A stretch of DNA of 64,000 nt from the human T2T-CHM13v2.0 reference genome, Homo sapiens: NCBI RefSeq assembly GCF_009914755.1, contig NC_060926.1. The stretch is one strand, 5' to 3'. Positions within the stretch are counted from its first letter, which is position 1, and every line of letters starts with the position of its first letter. The notes beneath the pieces were generated by a model. It was given only the letters and a program-made list of their open reading frames with translations. It did no database searches and was not told the DNA's origin. Of this stretch, positions 1 through 15,769 are shown in pieces. The translations under genes were made by a program, and so were the position numbers.

Positions 1-377
1 TTTTTAAAAATAGATATTCAAAAGAGGGCATTAGTCAACAAAGATGACAGTGCAGCAAAGGAACAAAATATGTTAACTCCGGAAGTGAAATTTGCATCAA
101 ACATAAATGACATTGCAGAAGAAAGAGCTGACCATGGGAGTGTCGACACTGCCACCTTTGAGAAACTCCAGGTATATACCATAAATGAGGAAAGAGGTTG
201 TGATGGAAAGGATGAAGATTTCCTAGAGGAAGTGACAATAGCAAAAAAACTTCACATTAAAATATTTTGAAGAGATTTCATGGTTTTGAAAGCACAACAG
301 ATAAAATATTGGAAGCTGATCTGAATGTAGGATGGAGTATGACGATTCACCAAAGCATAGAAGAAATGGTCACCCCA

Positions 378-503
378 AGCTGGGTGCAGCAGTGCGTGCC
401 TGTAGTTGCAGCTATTCGGGAGGCCGAGGGAGAAGGATTGGTTGAGCTCTGGAGTTCAAGACCAGCCTGAGCAACATAGGGAGACTCTGTCTCTTAAAAA
501 AAC
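378..503 (+). mobile_element. Alu monomer (FLAM/FAM-like)
   Basis: Single Alu arm with short A tail. Confidence 0.8.
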
Positions 504-640
504 AGTCATTCTATAGTGAAAGTTACACCACAAGAAGCGAAGCATTGTTCAAACTACTCTTCATAATTTTTTTTTACAAAGGCATAAACCATTTTAATTT
601 TCAATGTTTCTAATGTTTTAAATTATAGTACACTAAATAA

Positions 641-962
<322 letters not shown>

Positions 963-1305
963 ACTATTTTTTTCATTTCTCTATATTCTTATAACCAACA
1001 GTAAGGGAATTTTTAACATTTGACAAAAATTTTTAAAGATCATAGGACAATCATATTTTACCCTTTGAATATTAACGTTGCTTTGCATGGTCATTTTTAG
1101 AGTCCCACATAATTATGCAAAGTGAGGACTTCTTGTACTGTGCTTTTCAATGGCTGATTAACATTCTACAATATGGATATAGCATTATTTAATCCTCTAC
1201 TAATGGACATTTAGGTTGTTTGCATTTCTTTCTCTGGTATAAACAATGCTACAATAGATATCTTTAAACACATCTTGTTTTGTGCACCTGTATTCTTAGG
1301 ATACG

Positions 1306-1492
1306 TTTTTTTTTTTATTTTATTTTTTAAGAGATGGGGTCTCGCTGTGTCACTGAGACACTGAGGCTGGAATGCAGTGGTGCACTCATAGCTCACTGCA
1401 GCCTTTAATTTTAACTCCTGGGCTCAAGCGATCCTCTTGCCTCAGTCCTCCATAGTAGCTGGGATCACAGGTGCCAGACACCCCACCCAGTT
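1306..1492 (-). mobile_element. AluJ-like right-arm fragment
   Basis: Alu similarity. Confidence 0.8.
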
Positions 1493-1744
1493 AGGGCTAA
1501 ATTCTAAGAGAGAGGCATTACTGGGTTAAAGGATATGCATATTCACATTTTGATACACACAGCTAAACTGCCTGCCTGAAATTATGTATGTTTATACTCC
1601 ACCAACAGCACCTCAAAGCTCCCAATTCTCCACCCTGTGGTGAACAATAAGCATATTTTATTTTCATTGCCAGTTTGTCACCTCACTGTTGTTTCAATTC
1701 ATGATCACCAGAGAAGCTGAATATTTTTAAAGAATAAGGTTTTA

Positions 1745-2140
<396 letters not shown>

Positions 2141-2552
2141 TTATCCATGAGAAATAGTGGCAGCTACCAGTTTAACATTCTGGGTAGCAATTATGAGTCT
2201 GCCAGCTCATTTTAATTAAGCTAATGCATAATGATTTGAAGAAAGACTATAGAGAAAAAGTGGTAAGATTTTGCAAAGTGTCTTAGCTCATTTTTAAGAA
2301 AGGCCTATGGGTCATATTTTCATCTCTCAACTAAATATATTCACACACACTATCAGACATAAATGTACATAATAAACTGTCAGATGTGCATGTAAAAATA
2401 AAACTTCTAGTATAAATACATTTTACGTTTGGTTTATTATTACCAGCTTTATCTCTGAACTCCCAAAACCAAGCAATCAATTTGTAATATCAGGCACATG
2501 CCATATACTCATCATTATGCTATGAATATGGGACTACAAAAAGTTTAAATGT

Positions 2553-2848
2553 GGTCAGGACACGGTGGCTCACACCTGTAATTCCAGCACTTTGAGAGGC
2601 TGAGGCAGGTAGATTGCTTGAGCTCAGGAGTTTGAGACCAGCCTGGGCAACATAGTGAAACTCCCTCTCTACAACAAATAAAAAATTAGCTGGGTGTGAT
2701 AGCGTGTGCCTGTAGTCCTAGCTCCTTGGGAGCTGAGGTGGGAAGATCACTTGAGCCCAGGAGGTCGAGCTGCAGTGAGACATGATTGCCACTGCCCTCC
2801 AGCCTGGGTGACAGAGAGAGACCCTGTATGAAAAATAAAAAAAAAAAA
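2553..2848 (+). mobile_element. AluJ
   Basis: Full dimer; TSD aaaagtttaaa(a)tgt. Confidence 0.92.
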
Positions 2849-2899
2849 GTTTAAAATGTGGTCCCTACCCGTAGCATTAACAACAATACCTGTTTAGTG

Positions 2900-3080
2900 A
2901 ATATATTTTATATGTCAGGAGCTGTAGAAGAGTCTTCACTTATGGGTCTCATTTAATCCTCATGATCTTTCAAGGTAAGCATCGTTAACTCCACTCTACA
3001 GATGTGAATTCTGTGCTCAGAATTACACACCTAGTGTCAGGTCAGAATTTGAACCTGAAGTTTTCTGATTCCACGCTGCT
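2900..3080. mobile_element. MIR
   Basis: ctcatttaatcctca...acagatgtgaa...atttgaacc core. Confidence 0.7.
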
Positions 3081-3110
3081 ACACCAAATTGTTTAAAACC
3101 TAGTAAAAGA

Positions 3111-3429
3111 GGCCGGGCACGGGGGCTCCACACCTGTAATCCCAGCACTTTGGAAGGCCAAGGCGGGTGGATCACTTGAGGTCAGGAGTTCGAGACCAGC
3201 CTGGCCAACATGGTGAAACCCCATCTCTACTAAAAACACAAAAATTAGCTGGGGATGGTGGTGCACACTTGTAATCCCAGCTACTCAGGTGGCTGAGGCG
3301 AGAGAATTGCTTGAACCCAGGAGGCAGAGGCTGCAGTAAGCCAAGATGGCACCACTGTACTCTAGCCTGAGCAACAGAGTGAGATGCTGTCTCAAAAAAG
3401 ACCCCAAAAAACAAAACAAAACAAAAAAA
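3111..3429 (+). mobile_element. AluS
   Basis: Full dimer; TSD aaaacctagt.aaaga. Confidence 0.93.
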
Positions 3430-3481
3430 CCTAGTTAAAGAGACAAAGTAACAAATTTTAGAGAAAAATTAGGTGTGAAAC

Positions 3482-3483
<2 letters not shown>

Positions 3484-3511
<28 letters not shown>
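3484..3511. repeat. (TG)14 microsatellite
   Basis: Read directly. Confidence 0.98.
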
Positions 3512-5430
<1,919 letters not shown>

Positions 5431-5745
5431 TAAAACCACGTGGTTTTGATAGTAAGATGGTCACGTTTTTCACTGGTTTAATAACCTGCAATATAGTGAA
5501 TGGACAGGTGAGTATTTGGAAGATCCTGAGCAGTTTTAGGAGAAGACTCATTCCTGTAAGTGTTGGGAGAGAGAAGCAGGCCTGGGGAAAGGAGGGTTGA
5601 AGGTTTGCCCGGGTCTGATAAGATAAAAGGACAACGTTTTACGGCTGAGCAAGGGGAAGAAATGGCAGATGTAGCCCATCTGGAGAGAGAGCATCAGGGG
5701 CTGGTGGTGTGGGTTCTGCTGTACTGATGAGGAAATCTAAGACAC

Positions 5746-6218
5746 TGTGAAAGAAAAATACAATCTTGGGAACCCAAACTCGCTAAGCCAAAGGAAAAGT
5801 TAAACTTGGGAACTGAGTCACACACAAAAAACCTTTTTTTGTTCCCAGATGGCTGTAACTTCACATGCTTATTTTATCTTATGCAAAATACAGATTTACT
5901 GAGCTGAGACAAATGCATAATTGACTTTCCCCCTACTCCTTTATTTTCACATGTAAAATGCAGATTCACTGAGCCCTAATCAAAGCCTCACAAGAACGTA
6001 TCCACTTGCCTCACTGCCTACCCTCCCTCCTTTTTTTACCTTCCCCTCCTGCTTGCTTTTTCCCCTTTAAATACTGAAGTTCCCCAAACCTTCTCTGTAG
6101 AAAGCATGGGTCACAGATCCAACTGTAACTTGTGTTTTGTTTCCCAGGCGCATCCTCAACCTTGGCAAAATAAACCTCTAATCAGCTGAGATCTGCCTCA
6201 GTCACTTTTTGATTTACA
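5746..6218 (+). mobile_element. Solo ERV1 LTR, MER4 family
   Basis: TG...CA termini, 4-bp TSD ACAC, internal AATAAA, MER4-like 5' end tgtgaaagaaaaata. Confidence 0.85.
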
Positions 6219-6700
6219 ACACCATGTGGTGAACAAAGGACTACTTTGACTAGTGAGTTAGCCAATCATTTGTGCAGATGTTGACATTTGGCAGAAGGTG
6301 GAAAAATAAAACTGTTTGTATTAATCTGAGTCTACCCGACTTTTGAGAAACTGACGCAGCAGGTAGCAAATACAACTCAAAATCTAGAAAAACCCTCAAG
6401 TGCCAGCCAACTGAACTGAAACAGAAATTAGGAGAATGTTGTATTTTCTTTATGGTTAGACATTGCCAAAGGCAGTATCACTTAGAAGTCTCTAACCGTA
6501 GCCCAGAAACAAAAAACAACAACAAAACCCAGGCTATTTTAATGGTCTAAATACTTCCAGATCCTAATATATACAGTGAAGAAAAAAAGAAAAAAAAAAC
6601 TTCCAGGGATCACAGGAGCCTATGTTAAAAAACATATTCTTATCTAACCCATCTGTATAGTAATGTATTATATATACATTCACTTAAAAATATCAGTTAG

Positions 6701-6830
6701 GGCCAGGCACGATGGCTCACGCTTGTAATCCCAGCACTTTGGGAGGCTGAGGCGGGCAGATCACTTGAGGTCAGGAGTTTGAGACCAGCCTGGCCAACGT
6801 GGTGAAACCCCATCTATACTAAAAATACAA
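6701..6830 (+). mobile_element. Alu left monomer
   Basis: Left arm only, ending in (AAAAC)n. Confidence 0.9.
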
Positions 6831-6862
6831 ACAAAACAAAACAAAACAAAAAAAAACAACAA

Positions 6863-7745
6863 CAGGCAAAAGACATGAACAGACGCTTCTCAAAAGAAGA
6901 CACACAGCCAACAAGCATATGAAGAAATGCTCAATATCAATCATTAGAGAAATGCAAATAAAAACCACAGTGAGGTACCATCTCACACCAGTGAGGATAG
7001 CTATTATTAAGAAGCCAAAAAATAGCAGATGCTGGTGAGGTTGTGGAGAAAGGAAGTGTTTAAACACTGCTGGTGGGAATGTAAATTAGTTCAGCTACTA
7101 TGGAAAGCAATTTGGAAATTTCTCAAAAAAACGTAAAACAGAACTACCCATTCAACCTAACAATCCCATTACTGGGTATATACCCAAGGAATATAATCGT
7201 TCTACCCGAAAGACATATGCATGTATGTTCATCACAGCACTATTCACAATAGTAAAGACATGGAATCAACCTAAATGGCCATCAACAGTGGACTGGATAA
7301 AGAAAATGTGGTACACTTATAGCACGGAATACTATGTAACCATAGAAAAGAGTGAGATAATGTCCTTTGCAGCAACATGATGGAGCTGGAGGCCATTATC
7401 CTAAGCAAATTAATGCAGGAACAGAAAACCAAATACTGCATGTTCTTACTTACAAGTGGGTGCTAAACATTTAGTACACATGAACATAAGAAGGAGGAAT
7501 AGACACCGGGGCCTACTTGAGGGTCAAGGGGGGGAGGAGGGTGAGGATTGAAAAACTACCTGTAATTTTCTTACAAACACCTACTCCAGAAAAAGAGACA
7601 AAAACAAAACAAAACAAAAAACTACCTATGTTTATTACCTGGGTGGTGAAATAATCTTTACTCCAAAACCTCCTCAACATGCAATTTACCTGTGTAGCAA
7701 ACTGGCATATGTACCCCCTGAACCTAAAATAAAAGTTGGAAAAAA
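6863..7745 (+). mobile_element. L1 3' end (L1PB or old L1PA type)
   Basis: ORF2 C-terminal and 3'UTR sequence with G-rich tract. Confidence 0.9.
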
Positions 7746-7749
7746 CAAA

Positions 7750-8108
7750 ATTCATGTTGAAACTTAATCCCCATTGTGGTGGTATTGAGGTGGGGCCTTT
7801 TGGGAAGTGATTAAGTCATGAGGCTGTGCCCTCACGAATGGATTATCCACCTTATTAAGGGGCTGGAGAGTAGTTTAGACCCTTTCTTGACCTTCTGTTC
7901 CTTCTGCCATGTGAGGATACAGCATTTATTCCCTCCAGAGGATGCAGCAACAAGGCACCATCTTCGAAGAAGGGACTGGGTCCCTCACCAGTCACTGCTG
8001 GCACCCTGATCTTGGACTTCTCAGCCTCCAGAACTATGAGAAATAAATTTCTGTTTTTTAAAATTACCCAATCTATGGTATTTTGTTATAGTAGTACAGA
8101 CCAAGACA
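7750..8108 (+). mobile_element. MaLR LTR (MST family), 5' end missing
   Basis: gcaacaaggcaccatctt, ttggacttctcagcctccagaact and ...aagaca end. Confidence 0.8.
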
Positions 8109-8109
8109 G

Positions 8110-8610
8110 TACACTTACATAATCCAGAAAATATACTCTTAGGTATCTATCCAAAAGAAATAGAAACATGTCTATATAAAGACTTGCAAATGATTGCTCA
8201 CAGCAGCATTATTCATTATAGATTAAAAACTGGAAGCTACCTAGATATCCATTAACTGGTGAATGGATAAACAAATTATGGTATATCTATTCTACGGAAT
8301 ACTACTCAATAAAAAGAAACACATTATTAATATATGCAACAACATGGACCTCAAAAAATTATGCTTAATGGAAGAAGTTAAATACAAAAGACTGCATACT
8401 GTATTGTTCTGTTTATATGAAATTCTAGAAAAGGCAAAAACAGACCTTGAGTTGCTAGCAATGGGGACTGACTATAAAGATACACTATGAAACTTTCTGG
8501 GGCAGTGGAAATGTTCTGTAGCTTGAGTATGGTGAAGGTTAATTGACTCTATACAATTACCAAAATTCATAAAACTGTACACTTAAAATTAATTTTGTTG
8601 TGTATACCTG
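8110..8610 (+). mobile_element. Old L1M 3' end
   Basis: gaatggataaacaaattatggtata and aaaactgtacactta motifs. Confidence 0.75.
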
Positions 8611-8685
8611 AACAAAATGAAAAAAATTTAAATAAAATTATCAAATTGAATTCAGTATATATACAAAATTTATTTTAAAAATGTT

Positions 8686-8880
8686 TATTTTTAGAGACAG
8701 GTTTTCACTGTGTCACCCAGGCTAGGGTATGGTGATACAATCATAGCTCACAGTACCTTGAATGCCTGAGCTCTAGTCATCCTCCTGCCTCAGCCTCCCA
8801 AGTAGTTAGGACTATAAGCATGTGCCGCCATACTGGCTAATTTTATTTTTTGTACAGATGAGGTCTTGCTATGTTGCCCA
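8686..8880 (-). mobile_element. AluJ fragment
   Basis: Alu similarity. Confidence 0.85.
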
Positions 8881-9105
8881 TGCCCAGCTGCATACACAAA
8901 ATAATATGTAGTGATCAAACAGTATTTATTCCAGAAAAACAGTATCAGGGATTTCTGTTATTATAGCCCACTGTATCCAAACAACATGAAAAAATCACAG
9001 CAAATACTGATAAAGTATTTGACAAATTCAAAATTTATTCATAATAGAAAATGAACTAATAAAATCTCCATTAACCTGATAAAAGACATTTATTAAAAAT
9101 CTAAA

Positions 9106-9439
<334 letters not shown>

Positions 9440-9906
9440 CTACAGAAATTATCACACTTAATCTCAAGACTTTAGTATTTAAATAAAAACAATACAAGCA
9501 TGCCTCCATCACTGCTTTTATTCAACACTCTACTGAAGAACTAATCTAATGCAATCGGCAAATATAAGAATGAGACAGGAAGACTAAACTCTTATTTTGC
9601 CCCACACTATTCTGTGTTCTACACTTTTTAATTCCCATAATAGTCTCATGATGTAGGATTATGCAAATGAGGAAAGCTGAGGATAAGCAAGTTATCCAAG
9701 GTTATACATTAATGTAAGAGCAAAACCAGAATCTGAACCCAGGCAGTGTGGCTAACAGAATCCATACTTTTTACTGTTATGCTATCCCTTCTCACACCTC
9801 TCCATCTACCTTGAAAATACAAGATATTCAATACAAACTATTAGAAAGAGTAAGAGATCAAGAATACTGCTGCATAAAATGGCAACATATAAAAATTGAT
9901 AACTGA

Positions 9907-10058
9907 GGCCAGGCGCGGTGGCTCACGTCTGTAATCCCAGCACTTTGGGAGGCCGAGGCGGGCGGATCACGAGGTCAGGAGATCGAGACCATCCTGGCTA
10001 ACACGGTGAAACCCTGTCTCTACTAAAAATACAAAAAAATTAGCCATCTAAGAAAAAA
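9907..10058 (+). mobile_element. AluY left arm with right arm missing
   Basis: gagatcgagaccatcctggctaacacgg diagnostic; perfect 16-bp TSD aaaaattgataactga. Confidence 0.92.
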
Positions 10059-10127
10059 AAATTGATAACTGATAGTGTTCTTTACCCTTGTAACAATTTA
10101 AAAATGTCACGGAAAAGATCCCAATCC

Positions 10128-10612
10128 TGCTACCAAGCAGAAGGGGCTCACTGCCCAATGCTCTAAGCCAATAAAATGACACTGGGTTTTTGAGAAAAGC
10201 TTTCTATTTCAAGTGACTTACAAGGAGACAGGAGTGCAGCTCAAATTGCTCTCTCTGTGCTGGTGTTAAGGCAGTGATTTTATCCTTCAGGGGGCGGATT
10301 CTGGGATTAGTAGGTGATTGGTGGAAGAGGTCTGGAAAGTTCTTCGGCATGTGTAGTTACCTCTTTATGGGTCCCATGTGCCAATTTGGAGGTAGTTAGT
10401 ATAAAATATGTGGTGAAACTTTAGGCTGTAACATTAGCAAGCTTGCTGTGTAAACTCTAGTTAGCAATATTGCTTTTAACTGATTTTAGACAGTTTTGTT
10501 ATAAGGGAGGGGAGTGTTAGTAAGTTGTTTTTTCTTATCTGTTTATCCTCCACACCCAAGAATTTGTTACTCAACTTTTTTTTTTTTTTTAACTCCTTGG
10601 GGCATGGTTTCA
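10128..10612 (-). mobile_element. Solo ERV1-class LTR (MER49/MER66-like)
   Basis: TG...CA termini, imperfect 4-bp TSD (atcc/ttcc); subfamily uncertain. Confidence 0.65.
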
Positions 10613-10789
10613 TTCCCAATAGAAAAAACAAAACAAAACACTGTAAGGTGTTCTAACATAAACTGGAAAATTAAAAGCAGTTTTAATATGCTAATGTTAA
10701 GTAAAACTACAGTGAACAAAGTACTGTCTATATTATGATTGAATTCATGGGAAACATTTATTTCCGGGCTGAAGCCGAAAAAATACACA

Positions 10790-11070
10790 AGCTGGGCGTG
10801 GTGGCTCATGCCTGTAATCCCAGCACTCTAGGGGGCCAAGGCAGGTGGATTGCTTGAGCCCAGGAGTTCAAGACCAGCCTGGGCAACATGACAACTACTA
10901 CATGTCTTTACTAAACATACAAAAGTTAGCTGGGTGTGGTGGTGTGCGCCTGCAGTCCCAGCTACCTTAGGAGGCTGAGGTAGACTGCTTGAGCCCAGGA
11001 GGTGGAGGATACAGTGAGTTGAGATCCTGCCCCTGCACTCCAGCCTGGGCAACAGGGTGAGATCTTTCAA
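10790..11070 (+). mobile_element. AluJ
   Basis: Dimer with eroded tail. Confidence 0.9.
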
Positions 11071-11698
11071 ATTTTGTTACACTGAATATTTTGTTTTCAA
11101 GAGTACTCATTAAATCCTGCCCACAAAAAAACACTAAGCTACCTCACCAGTTTCTCCCTTCATCACATGATTAGCAGATCCTTGGCAAGGCTGTTCTGAC
11201 TCAGCTGAAATATCTTCAGATCTGCAAAGCACAAGGATATAGAGCTAAAATGGAAAGATATTTGCTTCCAGCATTAACAGTACTAAATTCTTTGATAATC
11301 TTGAGAATAAAATGCTGATAGGATAAATAATAACATCACACAAAAAGCAAAACACTTTTAAAGTATAAAATAAAAATGTTTTACTACAATTAAAAAAATC
11401 AATAAATGAAGAGATATACCATGTTCATCCACTGGAAGACTAAAGAGAGGGAAATTCCAAGTCTTTTCAAATTATTCTATAAATTTAAGGTAGTTCCAAT
11501 GAAAATCTCAGGATTTACATATCAAATAAATCTGCAAAACAATATTAGACATTTATAGAAACATAAATATTTAGTGAAAATATAAAAACAAAAGAATAAA
11601 AGTTTGAATTCATATAATAGTTTCCTATAAGAGGGTACCTTAACTGCCCACAATTTCTTTTTTTTTTGATTTCTTTTCTCTTTAAAAAATAAAGTAAG

Positions 11699-12182
<484 letters not shown>

Positions 12183-12319
12183 TATTTGAAGCAAATATGA
12201 TAAAGATTTGATAAGACTGGATAATAGGTACAAGTGTATTTTATCATGTTCTAATTTGGTCAGCATGTTTGAAAACCTTCACAATAAAAAAGATTACATC
12301 ATTCTAAGACTTTACAAAC

Positions 12320-12325
12320 TTTATT
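12320..12325 (-). terminator. Candidate distal poly(A) signal AATAAA (another at 13003-13008)
   Basis: Hexamer match only. Confidence 0.45.
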
Positions 12326-13118
12326 TTGAAACAAGCTATAATTACATGAAATTAAGAACAGCTCTAGGGCCAATATTATTGTACTATTTTAGGGTCTAGC
12401 AATTACACACTATAGAAGATGGATATTTTATTCTTGCTGTGGATTAAATTATGAAATACTTTTGGGGTGCCTTCTATATTTAAGGTATTCTGGTAGGATA
12501 TGAAAGAAAAAAATAAGAACTGAATCTAAACTTTCAAAGACTGTACAATATAGATGGTAAACACCCCCTTTAACTTTCAAACATAATGGGCAGATGTTCG
12601 TGGTCCAGGGGTAACTTCCTAACTTTTTGACCCTCATATTTTTCTGCATGTAATTTTTTCTTCCTGTACAAAAATATGTTATGTTTTGTTCCTCCCCAAT
12701 ATTTGTGGTCATGTAAAATTAACATTAGCATCAACATTTGTAATAATCTAGAGGGAAAGTGTTTCTAACTAATTCTTACACAAAAATTTCTTTTTGACGG
12801 ATAAGATGGGACTGGATTTTACTGACATTCACTAAGTATCAGTACCATTCCAGTTAAAAATCAAACAAAATTCTGCAATATATTTTAACCCATGTGAAAT
12901 GAACTCTGTCAACCGACCCAAGCTGTCAACTTTAAGAGCTCTATCCCTACGCCCATCTAAACTAATATCCTGAAATGAATACATGTTGACAACATATTAG
13001 TCTTTATTTATATAAACTAGTTGTGTATTTTTTCTTTTACCAAATTATGAATGCCTAGCACCACTTACAAAATCAGTTGGCCACAAAGTTACACAAAAAC
13101 TACAATTAGCTTTAAAAT

Positions 13119-13124
13119 TTTATT
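13119..13124 (-). terminator. Poly(A) signal AATAAA (proximal)
   Basis: tttatt on + strand, followed on the minus strand by a GT/T-rich element (TTGTAGTTTTTGTGT). Confidence 0.75.
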
Positions 13125-13664
13125 GAAATTCAAGTTTAGAATTTAACAAATTAATACAATATTACACTGAATACTTTCTAACCAGTAGTTTAGCTTTACA
13201 TAATTTCTAGGCATAACTTTTAAGAACTGATACTTTCTGGTTAATTTTCCATGATATGCCAATTATACATTCATTAAAATTTCAGATGCTACCTGAATTA
13301 TTCTTATCTCAATGACAGAATTTAAAAAAATAAGTTCAAATACTGAAAATCTAAGACATTAACACTGGGGCCCTTGTAATATAGAAAAGAAGAAAAATTG
13401 TACAATCTTAACTGTTTAAAACTCTTAACGTTTACTGTAGTAACAGAATATGAATTTGTAACATAACCATATGAATTTCTCAAGTTATTTCCTACTGATG
13501 CATGTCTGAAGTTATAAAAATCTCTTTTAAACGAACCTATACTGAATTACTCCAAAAATAACAGTGATATTTTAGGGCCTTGCAAATTTATTCTAGTGCA
13601 TATTTTAAGTACCTAAAGTACAGCCTGTGCACTAGCAGGTTACTGAAAAGAATAAGTGTGGCTT

Positions 13665-13720
13665 TCTTTTTTTTTTTTTTTTTTTGAGGCAGGGTCTCGC
13701 TCTGTCATCCACACTGGAGT
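13665..13720 (-). mobile_element. Alu 3'-terminal fragment with A tail inside the DARS1 3'UTR
   Basis: T-run + gaggcagggtctcgctctgtcatccacactggagt is the reverse complement of an Alu 3' end. Confidence 0.85.
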
Positions 13721-13739
13721 TAAGTGGCAAAGTGTGAAT

Positions 13740-13850
<111 letters not shown>

Positions 13851-14844
13851 TCATTAATTCCTTTTTGAAAATCTCTCAGGGTCTTACTTAGAACTACAAA
13901 CATAAATGTAATCGTTAAACTAAATACTTTTCCTTGTTAGGAAAGAAAATGACTCTTATTATTTTGGGTTTATTTAAAACTGTTTTGAGTATTGATTCAG
14001 AAATAAAGATGCTGCTATAAATGAAAAGGACTAAGTAATATATCCTTGAGTGGTATGGAGTCTAAAATGTGAACCACAAAAATCTATACGAATGAACAAA
14101 ATCTATGATGTAACAATAAGAAAAACAAAACAAAAGACTTTATAAGCTTGAACGTTTCAAATGATACCACACTCTGATTATACAGTCCAGGCAATGAGGA
14201 TGAGAGCCATAAACTTGCTTAAGCAATAATAGAAGTATGAGAAAATTTACTGTTAATTTTATAGACATTTAACATGGTGGACCCTACGATAAAAAGCTCT
14301 GGAGTACATTATTATACTAAGTGTTTTGACTGTAAAGAAGAAACTGATTTTTGGAAGGTGGTTAACAAGATTATGGTCTCTCCTTTCAATTGATTCTATG
14401 TAGAGATGTAAAAAGAATGAAAAAGCTCTTCAGGTATTGATAGGAAACAAGTTACAAGATACATTAAAGTATTTCTTCTCCATCCGGACTCATATTAAAA
14501 AAATGATACATTAAGTAAAAAATGCAAAGTACTAAATGGTTTATATATAATAGTATGCTACAATTTGTGTAAAAATATTTAAAGAAATGTGTGTGTCTTT
14601 TCGTATATGAAAAGGTATCTTTGCAAAGGTTAAGCTGAAAACTAGAAACAATGCTTTCCTGTAGGGAGGCGAATACGCACTATTCTTTTTCCTCCTCCAA
14701 TTTAAAAAACAGCGTTAAAATACATAAAAAATCTACCATCTGAACCATTTTTAAGTGTCCAGTTTAGTAGTGCCAAATACACTCACAGCATTGTGCAATC
14801 ATCACTGCCATTCATCTCTATAACTCTTAAAAAAAATCATGTTT

Positions 14845-15727
14845 ATATCCAAAGGAATGGGACTGCGGGGTCAAATGGTATTTCTGGTTCTCAATCTGTG
14901 AGGAATCGCCATACTGTCTTCCACAATGGTTGAATTAATTTAAAATTCCCACCAACAGTGTAAAAGCATTCCTATTTCTCTGCAACCTTGTCAGCATCTG
15001 TTGTTTCTCGACTTTTTAACAATTGCCATTCTGACTGGCGTGAGATGGTATCTCATTGTGGTTTTGATTTGCATTTCTCTAATGATCAGTGATGTTGAGC
15101 TTTTCTTCATATATTTGTTGGCTCATAAATGTCTTCTTTTGAGAAGTGTCTGTTCATGTCCTTTGCCCACTTTTTAATGGGGTTGTTTGTTTTGCTTTTT
15201 TCTTGTAAATTTGTTTAAGTTCCTTGTGGATTCTGAGTAATAAAGATACATGCACGTGTATGTTCATTGCAGCACTATTCACAATAGCAAAGACATGGGA
15301 TCAACCCAAATGCCCATCAATGATAGACTGGATAAAGTAAACGTAGTACATATATACCACGGAATACTATGCAGCCATAAAAAGGAGTGAGATCATGTCC
15401 TTTGCAGGGACATGGATGAAGCTGGAAGCCATTATCCTCAGCAAACTAATGCAGGAACAGAAAACCAAACACCACATGTTCTCACTTATAAGTGGGAGCT
15501 GAACAATGAGAACACATGGACACAGGGAGGGGAACAATACACACTGGGGCCTGTCGGGAGGGTGGGGTGGGGGACAGCATTAGGAAAAAGAGCAATGCAT
15601 GCAGGGCTTCATACCTAGGTGATGGGTTGACAGATGCAGCAAGCCCCCATGGCACATGTTTACCTATGTAACAAACCTGCACATCCTGCACATGTATCCC
15701 AGAACTTAAAAAAACAAAAAATAAAAA
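14845..15727 (+). mobile_element. 5'-truncated L1PA with 5' inversion (about 14855-15238 minus, 15240-15727 plus)
   Basis: Adjacent L1 segments in opposite orientation; 3'UTR and A tail. Confidence 0.88.
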
Positions 15728-15769
15728 ACCATATGTAACGACCTTAACTGGTGCTATTTATTTTTAAAA

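Larger units (their letters stand above)
13100..13739 (-). other. DARS1: DARS1 3'UTR (proximal form; may extend to about 12300)
   Basis: AT-rich sequence between the stop codon and the first AATAAA found. Confidence 0.75.
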
